Shown: in pieces, positions 21,801-31,417 of the stretch | How the letters are laid out: each line of letters opens with the position of its first letter | Numbering within the stretch: the stretch's first letter is position 1 | From: Candidatus Poribacteria bacterium | GTDB taxonomy: Bacteria > Poribacteria > WGA-4E > WGA-3G | Assembly (NCBI GenBank): GCA_965215265.1 | Contig: OZ244048.1 | Coordinates: 4,288,001-4,352,000 of the forward strand | Reading direction: 5' to 3' | Length of the DNA: 64,000 nt | Notes under the pieces: model-generated | Seen by the model: the letters and a program-made list of their open reading frames with translations, nothing else | Database searches by the model: none | Told to the model about the DNA's origin: nothing | Program-made: the position numbers and the translations under genes

Positions 21801-23495
21801 ATGTTGAACAAAATACGTCGCCATAACAGAGAGATGCGATTCGGGCATCTCGCCCTTTTTACGTTCGTGATGTGTTGGGCTCTAGTCAGTCCGACCGCCG
21901 CCAAAACCATTGAAGATATCATTCCGGCAGATACCTTTTTCTACTTGGAGTTACAACACTTAGCCGCGTGCCGTGAAGCAATTGAGAGCTCGACTAGCTG
22001 GGAGTACGCAGCTGAACTTATTGCCGCGAATCCGAAATGGTCGCCCATCAACCAAATGCTGCAAATGGTGCCGATATTTACCGGCACTGACATTCCAGGG
22101 CTGCTTGACACGCTCCTCGGAGACCGAGTCGGGCTCACCGTTTCTGCAGCAGAAGAAGGGCTGCTGATTGGGCTCGTCATCCAGAATGCCGGCAAAGCAT
22201 CTACCGCCGAACAGACTTTCGCCACCCTCACCGAAACGCTTACCAGCATGGGCACCAACGTCAACGTGGAGAAAGGCACCTATCGGGACATCGCGTATCA
22301 TACAGCACAACTGGGCGGGCAGCAACTCACTTACGGGAGCCTGAGCACGGACCTCTTTATTGCGGGACTGAACCCGGCGAGTTTCAAGAAACTCATAGAT
22401 GTTTACCATGCCGAGACCGCGTCAATTGCAACAAGCGACGCGTATCGTTCTGTTGTTGAAAAGGCTGAGGAGAGTGAAGTTTTAGCGTTTATCGATGTCA
22501 CAGTCGGTGGACCCTATCTGCAACTCCTGCTACCGCCTGTTATTGGTAGGGAACTTGCTGCCTTCCGCACGTTAGGATACACATGGCACCTGTTGCAGCC
22601 CGGGCACGGGCACCGCCTATACGGACACCTTAACCTTGAGCAGGAAGATGCACTGATTCCGCGTTTACGAGCGGAAAAAGTCATGCAAACCACGCGGGGC
22701 CTCGCCGGCAACGAGGAATTTTTCCTTGCACTGCCGCAGGAGCATGCAGCTCTGTTATGGCAAGCTATTCTGAATGCGCTGCCTCCCTCGGAAAACAGCA
22801 ACTTTCTGTTCCCACCGAAAGCGGTGCTGCAAGCTGCGCTTGCAGGGGAGCTGACCTGCAACGCTGACCTTACCAACATCACGCAGTACCTGTTGGGCTT
22901 CGCAACAAACCAGCGCAGTACAGCCGGGGTAATAAACGCGGTCGGCTTTGACTTTAAAGAACACAGCGTAGGCTTCCTCTTCAAACCCGATACGCCCGAA
23001 ACATCGCAGACAGTGTTCCAAGGAATTTTGGAAAAATGTGCTGTCGCATCGCGCCGTCAAGTAGATTATAAAGGGATCGTCTACAACGTTGTAGATATCC
23101 CCGGCTCGTTCTATTCCGGCAAAGTCAACGACCTTTTTTTGTTGGCATTTTCGGAGCAGCAGTTCCAGACAATGGTAGACAATCTGTTAGCAGGACCGTC
23201 TCCGGATGGCTTGCAGCAGCGGTTTGCGGCGTTCTCAGCACTGCCTGCTGCCTACCTCCAACTCGACTTTGGTGAATTGATCGGTGCGCTTGCAGCGACA
23301 AACCCGCAACTATCTCCGGAGATGATAGCGTTCTTGAAGCAGATGGGACCGCTGCTCGCTGCTCTTGCTGTCCAAGAAGAGACATTCTCACTGCATATTG
23401 CCCATGAGCCGGAGGAGACAGGGAGTGAAGCTATGGCGAAGTTGGCACCTTTCGTTTTCTTCATGTTTACTGAGGATAAAGCAGCTGAGCAGTAA
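21801..23495 (+). CDS. Secreted hypothetical protein, DUF3352-like
   Basis: AGGAG RBS, signal peptide, IPADTFFY start and repeated YRDIAY/YKGIVY strands typical of DUF3352-like proteins. Confidence 0.55.
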   Translation: MLNKIRRHNREMRFGHLALFTFVMCWALVSPTAAKTIEDIIPADTFFYLELQHLAACREAIESSTSWEYAAELIAANPKWSPINQMLQMVPIFTGTDIPGLLDTLLGDRVGLTVSAAEEGLLIGLVIQNAGKASTAEQTFATLTETLTSMGTNVNVEKGTYRDIAYHTAQLGGQQLTYGSLSTDLFIAGLNPASFKKLIDVYHAETASIATSDAYRSVVEKAEESEVLAFIDVTVGGPYLQLLLPPVIGRELAAFRTLGYTWHLLQPGHGHRLYGHLNLEQEDALIPRLRAEKVMQTTRGLAGNEEFFLALPQEHAALLWQAILNALPPSENSNFLFPPKAVLQAALAGELTCNADLTNITQYLLGFATNQRSTAGVINAVGFDFKEHSVGFLFKPDTPETSQTVFQGILEKCAVASRRQVDYKGIVYNVVDIPGSFYSGKVNDLFLLAFSEQQFQTMVDNLLAGPSPDGLQQRFAAFSALPAAYLQLDFGELIGALAATNPQLSPEMIAFLKQMGPLLAALAVQEETFSLHIAHEPEETGSEAMAKLAPFVFFMFTEDKAAEQ

Positions 23496-23496
23496 T

Positions 23497-23593
23497 ATCA
23501 AATGTTTAGATTCATTACCTAGAAAGCTGTTTGATTCCTATAGATACGTTCTGCAGCTTTACCATCAAATGTTTAGATTCATTACCTAGAAAG
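23497..23593. CRISPR. Single-spacer repeat-spacer-repeat unit in a family A element core
   Basis: ATCAAATGTTTAGATTCATTACCTAGAAAG at 23497-23526 and 23564-23593 (identical, period 67); family A arm follows to ~23660. Confidence 0.6.
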
Positions 23594-24153
23594 GCTCCGA
23601 CGAGATTTTCACGGTAATTAACTGAACATAGAGCAGTATAGGGCTTAAATATACAAAAAAATGATCCAGCTAGACCCTGCCGCTGCAACGTAGTTTCAAG
23701 AGCAAGGCTCGCATGAGAACGTGCTTTGGCCGGTGGCATCGCTAAACCTGTTTTATGCGTTCTTCTTTAGCATCTCTCTCATCCCATTTTTGAAGAGCGA
23801 GACGAAGTAACTCAAAGCGTAAAAAAAGATGGAACTTTTTGGTAGTACGGACAGTACAGGTTTGTAACATTTAAAGCAACTTTTTCTGAATTTTAAATCA
23901 GAAAATCGGGTATAATAGTTACAAGGAACTGGAAAAGCTCCATACTTTTAAACCCTTGTTAGAGGATAATAAACCTAAAAACCGTTTGTTTCACTGTCGT
24001 TTATCAGCATTTTTGCCATAACCCTCTGTGTATCGCTAACTTGTAACTATAAAGTTTAAAAGTGATGTCAACTCGCGCATTGAGGCGAGCCGGACCAGTA
24101 ATCAGGCAGTATTTATCTTGTGTATCTCAACACACCCGATAAGGAAGGAAAAA

Positions 24154-24891
24154 ATGTTAGAAACTCGCGACCTAACCAAAGTCTACAACGAATCTGTCTT
24201 AGCCGTGAATGCACTCAACCTCACCGTCAACGACGGTGAAATCTACGTCGTCCTCGGTGCCAACGGGGCCGGTAAAAGCACCACAATCTCTATGTTGCTG
24301 AACTTTATTGAACCCACGAGTGGCACCGCACTCATTGACGATATTGACATTCCCAAGTTTCCATTGGAGGCGAAGAAATACCTCGCCTACGTCTCCGAGA
24401 ACGTCGAACTCTACCGGAACTTTACCGCCCGGCAGAACCTCTCCTTTTTTGCCAAGCTCGGCGGACGCAAGAAGGTCTCTAACGCAGAATTGGACGAAAC
24501 CCTCGGCCGCGTCGGATTACCAACGGAAGCGTTTACCCGCCGCGTTAAGACATTCTCCAAAGGGATGCGCCAGCGTCTCGGCATCGCGATTGCAATCATG
24601 AAAAATGCCAAAGCGGTGCTGTTGGACGAACCGACTTCTGGCCTGGATCCGAAAGGCGGTGCGGATTTCCTCAATCTGCTCCGGGAACTACGCGAAGAAG
24701 GCAAAGCGATCTTCATGTCCACCCACGACATCTTCCGCGCCAAAGAGATTGCCGACAAAATCGGTATCCTCGTCGAAGGCAACTTGGAGCGCGAATTGAC
24801 ACGAGAAGAGGTGGAACAAGAGAACCTTGAAGCGTTATACCTCCGCTATGTCGCAGGCTATGAACCGGGAGAGGAAGAGATGGTATCATGA
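24154..24891 (+). CDS. ABC transporter ATP-binding protein
   Basis: GANGAGKST Walker A, FSKGMRQR signature, LLDEPTSGLD Walker B, H-loop. Confidence 0.95.
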   Translation: MLETRDLTKVYNESVLAVNALNLTVNDGEIYVVLGANGAGKSTTISMLLNFIEPTSGTALIDDIDIPKFPLEAKKYLAYVSENVELYRNFTARQNLSFFAKLGGRKKVSNAELDETLGRVGLPTEAFTRRVKTFSKGMRQRLGIAIAIMKNAKAVLLDEPTSGLDPKGGADFLNLLRELREEGKAIFMSTHDIFRAKEIADKIGILVEGNLERELTREEVEQENLEALYLRYVAGYEPGEEEMVS

Positions 24892-27176
24892 AACATAGAC
24901 TCGCTTTGCTGCTATGTCTCTGGATTCCGGTGCTCGTCGTCACAGGTCTGATACTACCACTGATAGCTCAGGAACGAGAAGAGGCGTTACAGATTCAGTT
25001 TCCTGAAGAGATAACTTCCGCGAAGACGAAAGACGCTCAGAACCGTGAAATTGCCATCGGCGGTGCACGTCTTGAGATGGAATTAGCTTCCAATCTGATG
25101 AAAAAGAAGCAGATCGAGCTGCAGAACCTGCAAGCGATGATGGCGGAACAGAATAACATCGTTACCGTCGCGGAAGTGAATCAGGCAGAGGAAGAATATA
25201 AACGTGCCGTCGCCGAATATGAGAAGGCGAAACTTAACCTGCAGCAGGTGGAACTCGATTCGCTCAAGGATGCATGGCACATCACCGTCGAAAGTACCCG
25301 CCTCTATGAATCCCGAGACGGCAGGGAACTCTTTTCTATTCGCTTACGAAACAGCTCCGCACCGGTCAAACTCACAGAGAGCTCCAAGGTGCTGGGGCAA
25401 GACGTTATCATCAGCGCCCAGATTGACGACATCTTTGTCTCCATTAAGGAAAAGGAAAATTTTGGTGGTGCGGGTGCCATTATCGCCGAACCTTACGAAC
25501 AAAGGATTCCGATGCTTAAGGAAGGCGAGAGCGTCGCCCTGGAATTTGAACTGATTAAGGAGGATATACGGAGTGTGGTTGTCGAATTAACTTATCTGGA
25601 TACGATTGAAGAGCGCAACATCCACCTCAAACAAGAAGAACCGTATATTTCTGTCGTGTCTGCACGCCGTTATAAACAAGGAGAGCAGCGGCGTTTGGAA
25701 GTTGTGCTGACTTATGGCGCGGTTGTTAGCGGTGAATCGGATGCCACGGGTACAAGTGAGCAGAGCGCGGCACAAGAGATTAATAACGTCTATGTCTCCA
25801 TAAAAGACGATACCAACGCTATCATCGGCTACCCCTACGAGCAACGGATTCCGACACTCAAGGATGGGCAGGCGAAAGTGCTGGACTTTGAACTGCGGAG
25901 AAATGTAGACAGCCTCACCGTCAGCCTACGCTACCTTGACAAGGAATCACTGTATAAAATTCACCTGGAGGAGGATACGCGGCACATCTCCATTCTGAGC
26001 GCGAAGAAATTCCGGGTTGAGAATCAGATGATGGTGACGATTGTGTTGAAGAATACATCTACAACCGAGGCGATGTCAGAAAATGCGTCGCAGGAGGAAA
26101 TCGCCGCAGCCAACGAAATTCAGTCTATTTATGTCTCGTTATTAGATGTGACGGATGACACAAATATCGTCAAACCGTACGAGGCAAAAATCCCTGTGCT
26201 GGGTTACAATGAGACGGTGGAACTGACGTTTCAACTCCAAAAGGATGTGGAGAGCCTCAAAGTCTCGCTCAAATATCCTGAATTGGCGGAGCCGGATACA
26301 CGCCTCATCTATCTTCAAAAGGAGTCTGCACTTGATGTGGTGAACGTGAGTTCGTTGCGGTTTTCGCAGGAGGGCAACCTCGGCAGCAGCGTCACGTATG
26401 ATTTGACCCTCGATCGGTTGGCAGAAACCGAGAACACGTTTCAATTGCGCGTGATTAACTTGCTCAACCGCCTCTCTTTTGAATTTCAAGACCCGGTAAC
26501 AGAGACACGGCAATCCCAAGTCAAGTTTACACAAGAGCAGTCGAAGCGCGACCTTTCGTTGGTGGTGTATCTCCCGGAAGAATTGGATGCCTCCTATCTT
26601 GACAGCACGTTGGAATTCTACGTGGCGGTGCTTGACGAGGCAGAGGCCACCGACCTGGGCGGCATAAATAACCGGCTAGACTTGCCGGCGGCACGGATTG
26701 CCAACATCCAAGGCGGTGTTGAGCGATTTGAACTGATTCCAAAAGGCGTGCCGGAGATTGAGCTCTTTGTGCCGAATGCCTTCCAAACCATCAAAATCGG
26801 CGATGTTGTCAATATGACAGCCACGCTAAGGAACATCGGCACCCGCGACCTGGTTGACATCCGCATGCGGGTGGATGTCAACACCGATTGGGACTACACC
26901 GTCACGCCAGAACTCGTAGCATCGCTGCAGCGCAACGAGGAGACAGAGATAGAACTGACGTTGATTCTGCCACCAGATGTGGGTGTCGGCGAATACGAGG
27001 CGAAAGTGAACGCCGAAGGCACCGTCGATAACCGAAAATTTGAGGCACGCGACAGGTCTATTACCGTGAAGGTGGAATCTAAAACCCAGGTCTCTATCAC
27101 CACGATTCTGTTTGGTGTCTTAATTCTGCTCGTCATCGGGATTGCTATTGTGACGATACGGATTAGTCGGCGATAG
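24888..27176 (+). CDS. Large exported, C-terminally membrane-anchored protein with three internal repeats and a NEW3/CARDB-like domain
   Basis: Signal peptide, coiled coil, three I..(I/V)(F/Y)VS...PYE..IP.L...L.F.L repeats, LRNIGT..L motif and a C-terminal TM. Confidence 0.7.
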   Translation: MKHRLALLLCLWIPVLVVTGLILPLIAQEREEALQIQFPEEITSAKTKDAQNREIAIGGARLEMELASNLMKKKQIELQNLQAMMAEQNNIVTVAEVNQAEEEYKRAVAEYEKAKLNLQQVELDSLKDAWHITVESTRLYESRDGRELFSIRLRNSSAPVKLTESSKVLGQDVIISAQIDDIFVSIKEKENFGGAGAIIAEPYEQRIPMLKEGESVALEFELIKEDIRSVVVELTYLDTIEERNIHLKQEEPYISVVSARRYKQGEQRRLEVVLTYGAVVSGESDATGTSEQSAAQEINNVYVSIKDDTNAIIGYPYEQRIPTLKDGQAKVLDFELRRNVDSLTVSLRYLDKESLYKIHLEEDTRHISILSAKKFRVENQMMVTIVLKNTSTTEAMSENASQEEIAAANEIQSIYVSLLDVTDDTNIVKPYEAKIPVLGYNETVELTFQLQKDVESLKVSLKYPELAEPDTRLIYLQKESALDVVNVSSLRFSQEGNLGSSVTYDLTLDRLAETENTFQLRVINLLNRLSFEFQDPVTETRQSQVKFTQEQSKRDLSLVVYLPEELDASYLDSTLEFYVAVLDEAEATDLGGINNRLDLPAARIANIQGGVERFELIPKGVPEIELFVPNAFQTIKIGDVVNMTATLRNIGTRDLVDIRMRVDVNTDWDYTVTPELVASLQRNEETEIELTLILPPDVGVGEYEAKVNAEGTVDNRKFEARDRSITVKVESKTQVSITTILFGVLILLVIGIAIVTIRISRR

Positions 27177-27188
27177 GAGTTTTTTTCG

Positions 27189-28592
27189 ATGATGAAGCAT
27201 TGCATAAGAGAGAGAAGGTGGCAAAGGTGCCGATTCATTTTGTGCCTCCTGATAATGGTAAGTATTGTAACACCCCTCTCGGCACAGCGGCTGATGTCCC
27301 TCACCCCGGCACGTGCGATGGAATTGGCGTTGCAAAATAACGAGGTTGTCAAAAAAGCGGAAAAGGTGGTAGAGAAAGCGAACGCTAACCTGCGTCTATC
27401 TAAAGCGGTATACTTGCCCCAGGTCGGACTCACGGGGGAATATCAACGGCAAAAGGAGGGAGAGATTGACGAACGGGACTACCTATCACGTGCGGAGTTG
27501 AGCGTGCTGCTGGCACAATTTGGTGCGGTGCCGGACGGGCTAGATGCAGCACAAGAAGCGGTCCGCAAGGCAGAGATTGCGCACGAACGTGCAAAAAAGG
27601 ATGTCGTTTCGGCGCTGCGTAACCTCTGGCATGATATCATCTTGACACAAGAAGAAATACGCCAACGCCGCGCCATCGAGGTGGAACTAGAGGAAAAACT
27701 GCAAGCTACTCAAATCAAGCATGAGAAAAAACGGATCCTTTTCTTGAGTCGCCTCAATACGGAATTGGAGCTGTCAGAACAGCAGCTCGCCCTGAACGAA
27801 CTTCAGCGGCGGCTGGATGTTGACATCGCCGAGCTCATCCGCCTCACCGGGCTTGACCCGCTGGCACAAGTGGTCCTCTCGCAGCCACTCCCGGCAGACG
27901 ACATCACGCTGGAAGTCGCCGTTGAACTGGCGCTGGGAAACAACCTCGATTTGCGCGAGTTAGAAGGCGATATCGTCCGTCAAGAACGATTGGTGGCCGA
28001 AACGCTGTGGACACGTTTTCCGGAACTGTCCGCTGAGGCACGCTACAAGGACTTACGCGTCTTGTTAGAACAACAGCCCGGGCAGCGCACGTGGGACGCA
28101 ACGGCACGCTACAATCCGGTGCTATTAGACCGGGAACGAGATGTGCCAAGCCTGTTTGAACGAACGCCGCGCGCACAAGACGGGTGGGCGGTCCGCTTCA
28201 ACCTGAACATCCCGCTCTTTGATGGCAACCAGACAGCTAACCTCCGAACCGCCGAACTCGCTGAGCTAGAGCGGATGCAGTTGGAATATACCGAAAAACG
28301 AAAACAGCTTCGCGTGGCAGTTCGCCGCGATTATCGTGCCGTGGCGAACGCGCAAGAACGGATAGAGATTGAGCAGAAACGGGTGCAAATTTTCGAGCAG
28401 CGCCTCCGGGCGATTGAACGCGTGCTGGATGAAGTCACGGTGGAATTGCCCAATTATCGCGGATTGACATTTGACGACGCATTTCAGGCGCAAGCCCAAT
28501 TCACAGAGGCACAGCGCGTCTTTTATCAGGCACGCCGGGACCACGCCAAAGCAAAAGAGAAACTCCGGCAAACCCTGCAATGGATAGAGTAA
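27189..28592 (+). CDS. TolC family outer-membrane efflux protein
   Basis: Two ELAL.NN...(Y/F)P.(V/L) half-repeats, FNLNIPLFDG, long helices. Confidence 0.85.
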   Translation: MMKHCIRERRWQRCRFILCLLIMVSIVTPLSAQRLMSLTPARAMELALQNNEVVKKAEKVVEKANANLRLSKAVYLPQVGLTGEYQRQKEGEIDERDYLSRAELSVLLAQFGAVPDGLDAAQEAVRKAEIAHERAKKDVVSALRNLWHDIILTQEEIRQRRAIEVELEEKLQATQIKHEKKRILFLSRLNTELELSEQQLALNELQRRLDVDIAELIRLTGLDPLAQVVLSQPLPADDITLEVAVELALGNNLDLRELEGDIVRQERLVAETLWTRFPELSAEARYKDLRVLLEQQPGQRTWDATARYNPVLLDRERDVPSLFERTPRAQDGWAVRFNLNIPLFDGNQTANLRTAELAELERMQLEYTEKRKQLRVAVRRDYRAVANAQERIEIEQKRVQIFEQRLRAIERVLDEVTVELPNYRGLTFDDAFQAQAQFTEAQRVFYQARRDHAKAKEKLRQTLQWIE

Positions 28593-28652
28593 TTTTGTCG
28601 ATGAAAGCGAGCAGGTTTCGTTGGCGTGAATGCACTCGAGCATATCTCGTTC

Positions 28653-28884
28653 TTTCGTCTACAGGAGCCCGTAACAAGGCTGCTGCAATGTTAATAACTT
28701 TACAAATCTCGTCTGAGCCTTTTTATGTTATGATTTTTAAAGACATTACCTAGAGCGGCTCCGACGAGATTTACACACGAATACTCACGACATCAGCGGT
28801 GACGGTATGGAGATATACGAAAAACGAGATTTACATACGAGCCCTCAAAAGCATAGACGTTGACGGTATGGAGATATACGAAAA
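28653..28884. repeat. Family A element plus an extra tandem arm
   Basis: TTTCGTCTAC...AAATCTCGTCTGAG-core-CTCCGACGAGATTTACAC...GAGATATACGAAAA, then a second arm ending at 28884. Confidence 0.85.
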
Positions 28885-29165
28885 CCTTTTACTCGCCCCC
28901 CACTGGGACAAGAAAACCGAACCCCGCCACCCTCAACTTCGTATTGACCTAAAGGTTTACGAGAGTTGGATGTTGGTAGTACTCGTACCATTGCACTGCA
29001 GACTTCATATACTAGATTGATACCAGAGTTTACGATGCCTAATGTCGTCGTAGGTGATAAAATCTTTCGTTCTTTTGGAGGGGGTGTACCGACGGCCGCA
29101 CCCGCTAGTGATTTTTTTACTGTTCAGGGGATTGTTCATGCTGCTGAGCATAGACAATTCTTTCT

Positions 29166-29348
29166 TTGTACTTATACGAGTTGATGTTGGATAAAAAAAA
29201 CTTTCATCTTGAGTCTGATTCTGGTGTTATCCTCGCCACTGGCGTTTTGTATCCTCAAGGCAATGTGCAAATCTTATGGCGGATTGATATCGGATACACC
29301 GCAGAGCAGTATTCGTCACTGTGTCTGGTTTTAGATCTGATTCTGTGA
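29166..29348 (+). CDS. Small hypothetical protein, possibly phage-like
   Basis: DSGVILATGVLYPQGNVQILW resembles small phage proteins (from recall only); low-GC island. Confidence 0.35.
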   Translation: MYLYELMLDKKNFHLESDSGVILATGVLYPQGNVQILWRIDIGYTAEQYSSLCLVLDLIL

Positions 29349-29391
29349 TGAAAGGTTGATTATATTCTTTTAGTTGTGCTATAATATCTAC

Positions 29392-29481
29392 GCTTTCTGA
29401 GTGAAACACAACTGGCAGGCATTGGTATCTTTCATTGTTTTACCGGAGGCTTTGAGAGGTGGTATCGGTGCCTGCTTTTTT
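29392..29481 (+). ncRNA. Candidate small RNA 1
   Basis: TTGATT-18-TATAAT promoter with extended TG (29356-29385); stem 29415-29429/29461-29475 with GU pairs, then a T6 run. Confidence 0.5.
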
Positions 29482-29525
29482 AGACGATTCTCCAGTCTTT
29501 TTGTTTCTTAGTTTATGCATCAAGG

Positions 29526-29574
29526 ACAGCGATGTATCTACTGCCCGTAACCACAGATACATCGCTGTTTTTTT
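29526..29574 (+). terminator. Intrinsic terminator-like hairpin
   Basis: Perfect 14-bp stem ACAGCGATGTATCT/AGATACATCGCTGT followed by a T run. Confidence 0.7.
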
Positions 29575-29611
29575 GTTGATACTCATAAAAAAAATGTGCT
29601 ATAATGTAATA

Positions 29612-29721
29612 TACACACACTGAATGTTCAGAGGTTGCTGACTTTGTTCATTCGCTTTTAGTGTGTGTGGTCTTTTGCCTTTTGGCTGTGCATTCCCACC
29701 TTTTATGCACAGCCTTTTTTT
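29612..29721 (+). ncRNA. Candidate small RNA 2
   Basis: TTGATA-18-TATAAT promoter with TGTG (29576-29605); 5' stem 29612-29624/29657-29669; terminator GGCTGTGCAT/ATGCACAGCC plus T7. Confidence 0.55.
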
Positions 29722-30388
29722 ATTTGCTCTCGCTTGAAGCTTCAGCAAACAACGTTGGTTCGCCCAAACCGACGTGGTCACACCAGGGAAGGGTTAACTC
29801 GGCAATAAAAATTGTGAGTATCTCTGTACCTTTAGGTATATTGGCTTCAATATACATTCCATTATGCTCAGGGCGTAATTCTTCCGATTCGTATATTATT
29901 TTCTTATCGGAATATATTGAAATTCTCACTCTACCGGTACAATTTTGCGCTGTGATGGCGAAATATGCACCGAAGCGGCTCGCTTCTATTTCTGAAATAT
30001 CGTACTTTAGCCCACTGGTTGCATGTACATATATCCAGTGTTCCCAGATTAACATTTCAGGAAATTTTATGAAATCAGGAGGTTGTTCTGTTCGTGTGCC
30101 ATCTGGTCTTTGCTCCCACACACCTGCAATCCAGCCATCCCATTCTGTAAAATCATTGATAGGGATTAAAGAATTTGAATCCTTGTGTGTAAGCGTAAGG
30201 AGTATATTATCTTGTGGTTCTGGTTCCTCGGCAGGTGGTTCTGGTTCCTCGGCAGGTGGTTCTGGTATTTCTTCGGCAGATGTCACCACTACATACCTCA
30301 CCGCTTGATTTCCCCCACAGGATGTGAGAGAAACACACAACACTGCGATAAGCAGCAAGTTCAGAATTATTACACTTTTTTTCTTCAT
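29720..30388 (-). CDS. Lipoprotein with a Pro/Glu linker and an NPCBM/NEW2-like domain
   Basis: AAGGAG RBS, MKKK signal with LTSC lipobox, EPPAEEP tandem repeats, HATS.LKYDI...F.A...G.V.I.IY.D.K..YES; TTGACA-17-TAGCAT promoter upstream. Confidence 0.75.
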   Translation of the reverse strand: MKKKSVIILNLLLIAVLCVSLTSCGGNQAVRYVVVTSAEEIPEPPAEEPEPPAEEPEPQDNILLTLTHKDSNSLIPINDFTEWDGWIAGVWEQRPDGTRTEQPPDFIKFPEMLIWEHWIYVHATSGLKYDISEIEASRFGAYFAITAQNCTGRVRISIYSDKKIIYESEELRPEHNGMYIEANIPKGTEILTIFIAELTLPWCDHVGLGEPTLFAEASSESK

Positions 30389-30525
30389 AAAGAACTCCTT
30401 ATTTTTTTTATATGCTAACAAAATTGTATCTGCTTGTCAATTAAAAAGACTCGCTTTTTACTTGATTTTACTACACATTTGGTGACTTAAAATTCCAGTT
30501 GTGTTAATTAAGTACTTAAAGCCAC

Positions 30526-30691
30526 GTTTCGATTCCAAATTGGTGCGATTAAAAGCAAACTAACCACCACGGTGTGGGTATCGCTTTAGAATCTTATTTC
30601 GATTCCAAATTGGTGCGATTACAAGCTTTCCAGATTGTTATTGTTGGCTCTGTTTCGTCAAGTTTCGATTCCAAATTGGTGCGATTAAAAG
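30526..30691 (-). CRISPR. Orphan CRISPR array B (type I-B-like 30-bp repeat, 3 repeats)
   Basis: GTTTCGATTCCAAATTGGTGCGATTAAAAG at 30526, 30596 (2 mismatches) and 30662; spacers of 40 and 36 bp; the minus strand ends in ATCGAAAC. Confidence 0.9.
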
Positions 30692-30730
30692 TTTGCTGAC
30701 GCAACCAGAGGCGCGCGGAGGTTGAAGCAC

Positions 30731-31408
30731 TCACTTTTGATGTTTTATAGAGTAACAAATTCGACAAGGGTCATAGTCCTTCTCGGCTTTGTCGAGTAAG
30801 ATTGCAAACTTCTCGGTAGCATACTTCCGCAGAAAATCACAATCATAGGTATGATACTTTTCGCCTGTCCGCGTGATATAGACAACTGGTTCCGGTGGTG
30901 GCTTACGCCATAAAAGAAAAACAGACACACAAGAAATAAGAAAAGCAAGCGCAAAAGCCAACGCAATCCGTTTCCACCAGCGCACAGCTTTCCGTCCTCG
31001 CAGTAAATTAACCTCACTTTGTTCAAATATAGGCTTCCAGTTTTCAACACTTTGTTCAAAAGTTTCCCTATTGATTAACGCAAACCAGTTGTTATACTTA
31101 TTCTCGCAAAACTCCCAATGCTGGGGATCCGTGCCGACGGCGAGAACACCATACCGTGTGTTAGTAGCACTCATATAACTTTTCAACTGTGCTCTCGCTT
31201 GTGCTAGTGGGATGGGGAGGGGTAATTTCTTGCACTCCGCAATCGCGACAAAGTATCCTTTTTCATCTTTGATGGGCTGATGGAGAACAACATCCGCGAT
31301 GCCGTGTTGCGTGCCGAACGAGACGTCACACTGCTGTGCTATTGAAAATTGCGGGAATTTTTTAGTGAAATAGGTTTTGACTGCCTGTTCAACTATGGGT
31401 TCTTGCAT
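30731..31408 (-). CDS. HsdR N-terminal-like PD-(D/E)XK nuclease with a TM helix and a C-terminal Zn-binding (Ada-like) domain
   Basis: ADVV...AECK...QLKSY motif; TM WWKRIALAFALAFLISCVSVFLLW; VYITRTGEKYH..DC...PC.IC. Confidence 0.75.
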   Translation of the reverse strand: MQEPIVEQAVKTYFTKKFPQFSIAQQCDVSFGTQHGIADVVLHQPIKDEKGYFVAIAECKKLPLPIPLAQARAQLKSYMSATNTRYGVLAVGTDPQHWEFCENKYNNWFALINRETFEQSVENWKPIFEQSEVNLLRGRKAVRWWKRIALAFALAFLISCVSVFLLWRKPPPEPVVYITRTGEKYHTYDCDFLRKYATEKFAILLDKAEKDYDPCRICYSIKHQK

Positions 31409-31417
31409 TGTCCCTAC

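Noticed and set aside
30214-30277. 21-bp tandem repeats near the arrays
   Set aside because: They encode the EPPAEEP linker of the lipoprotein
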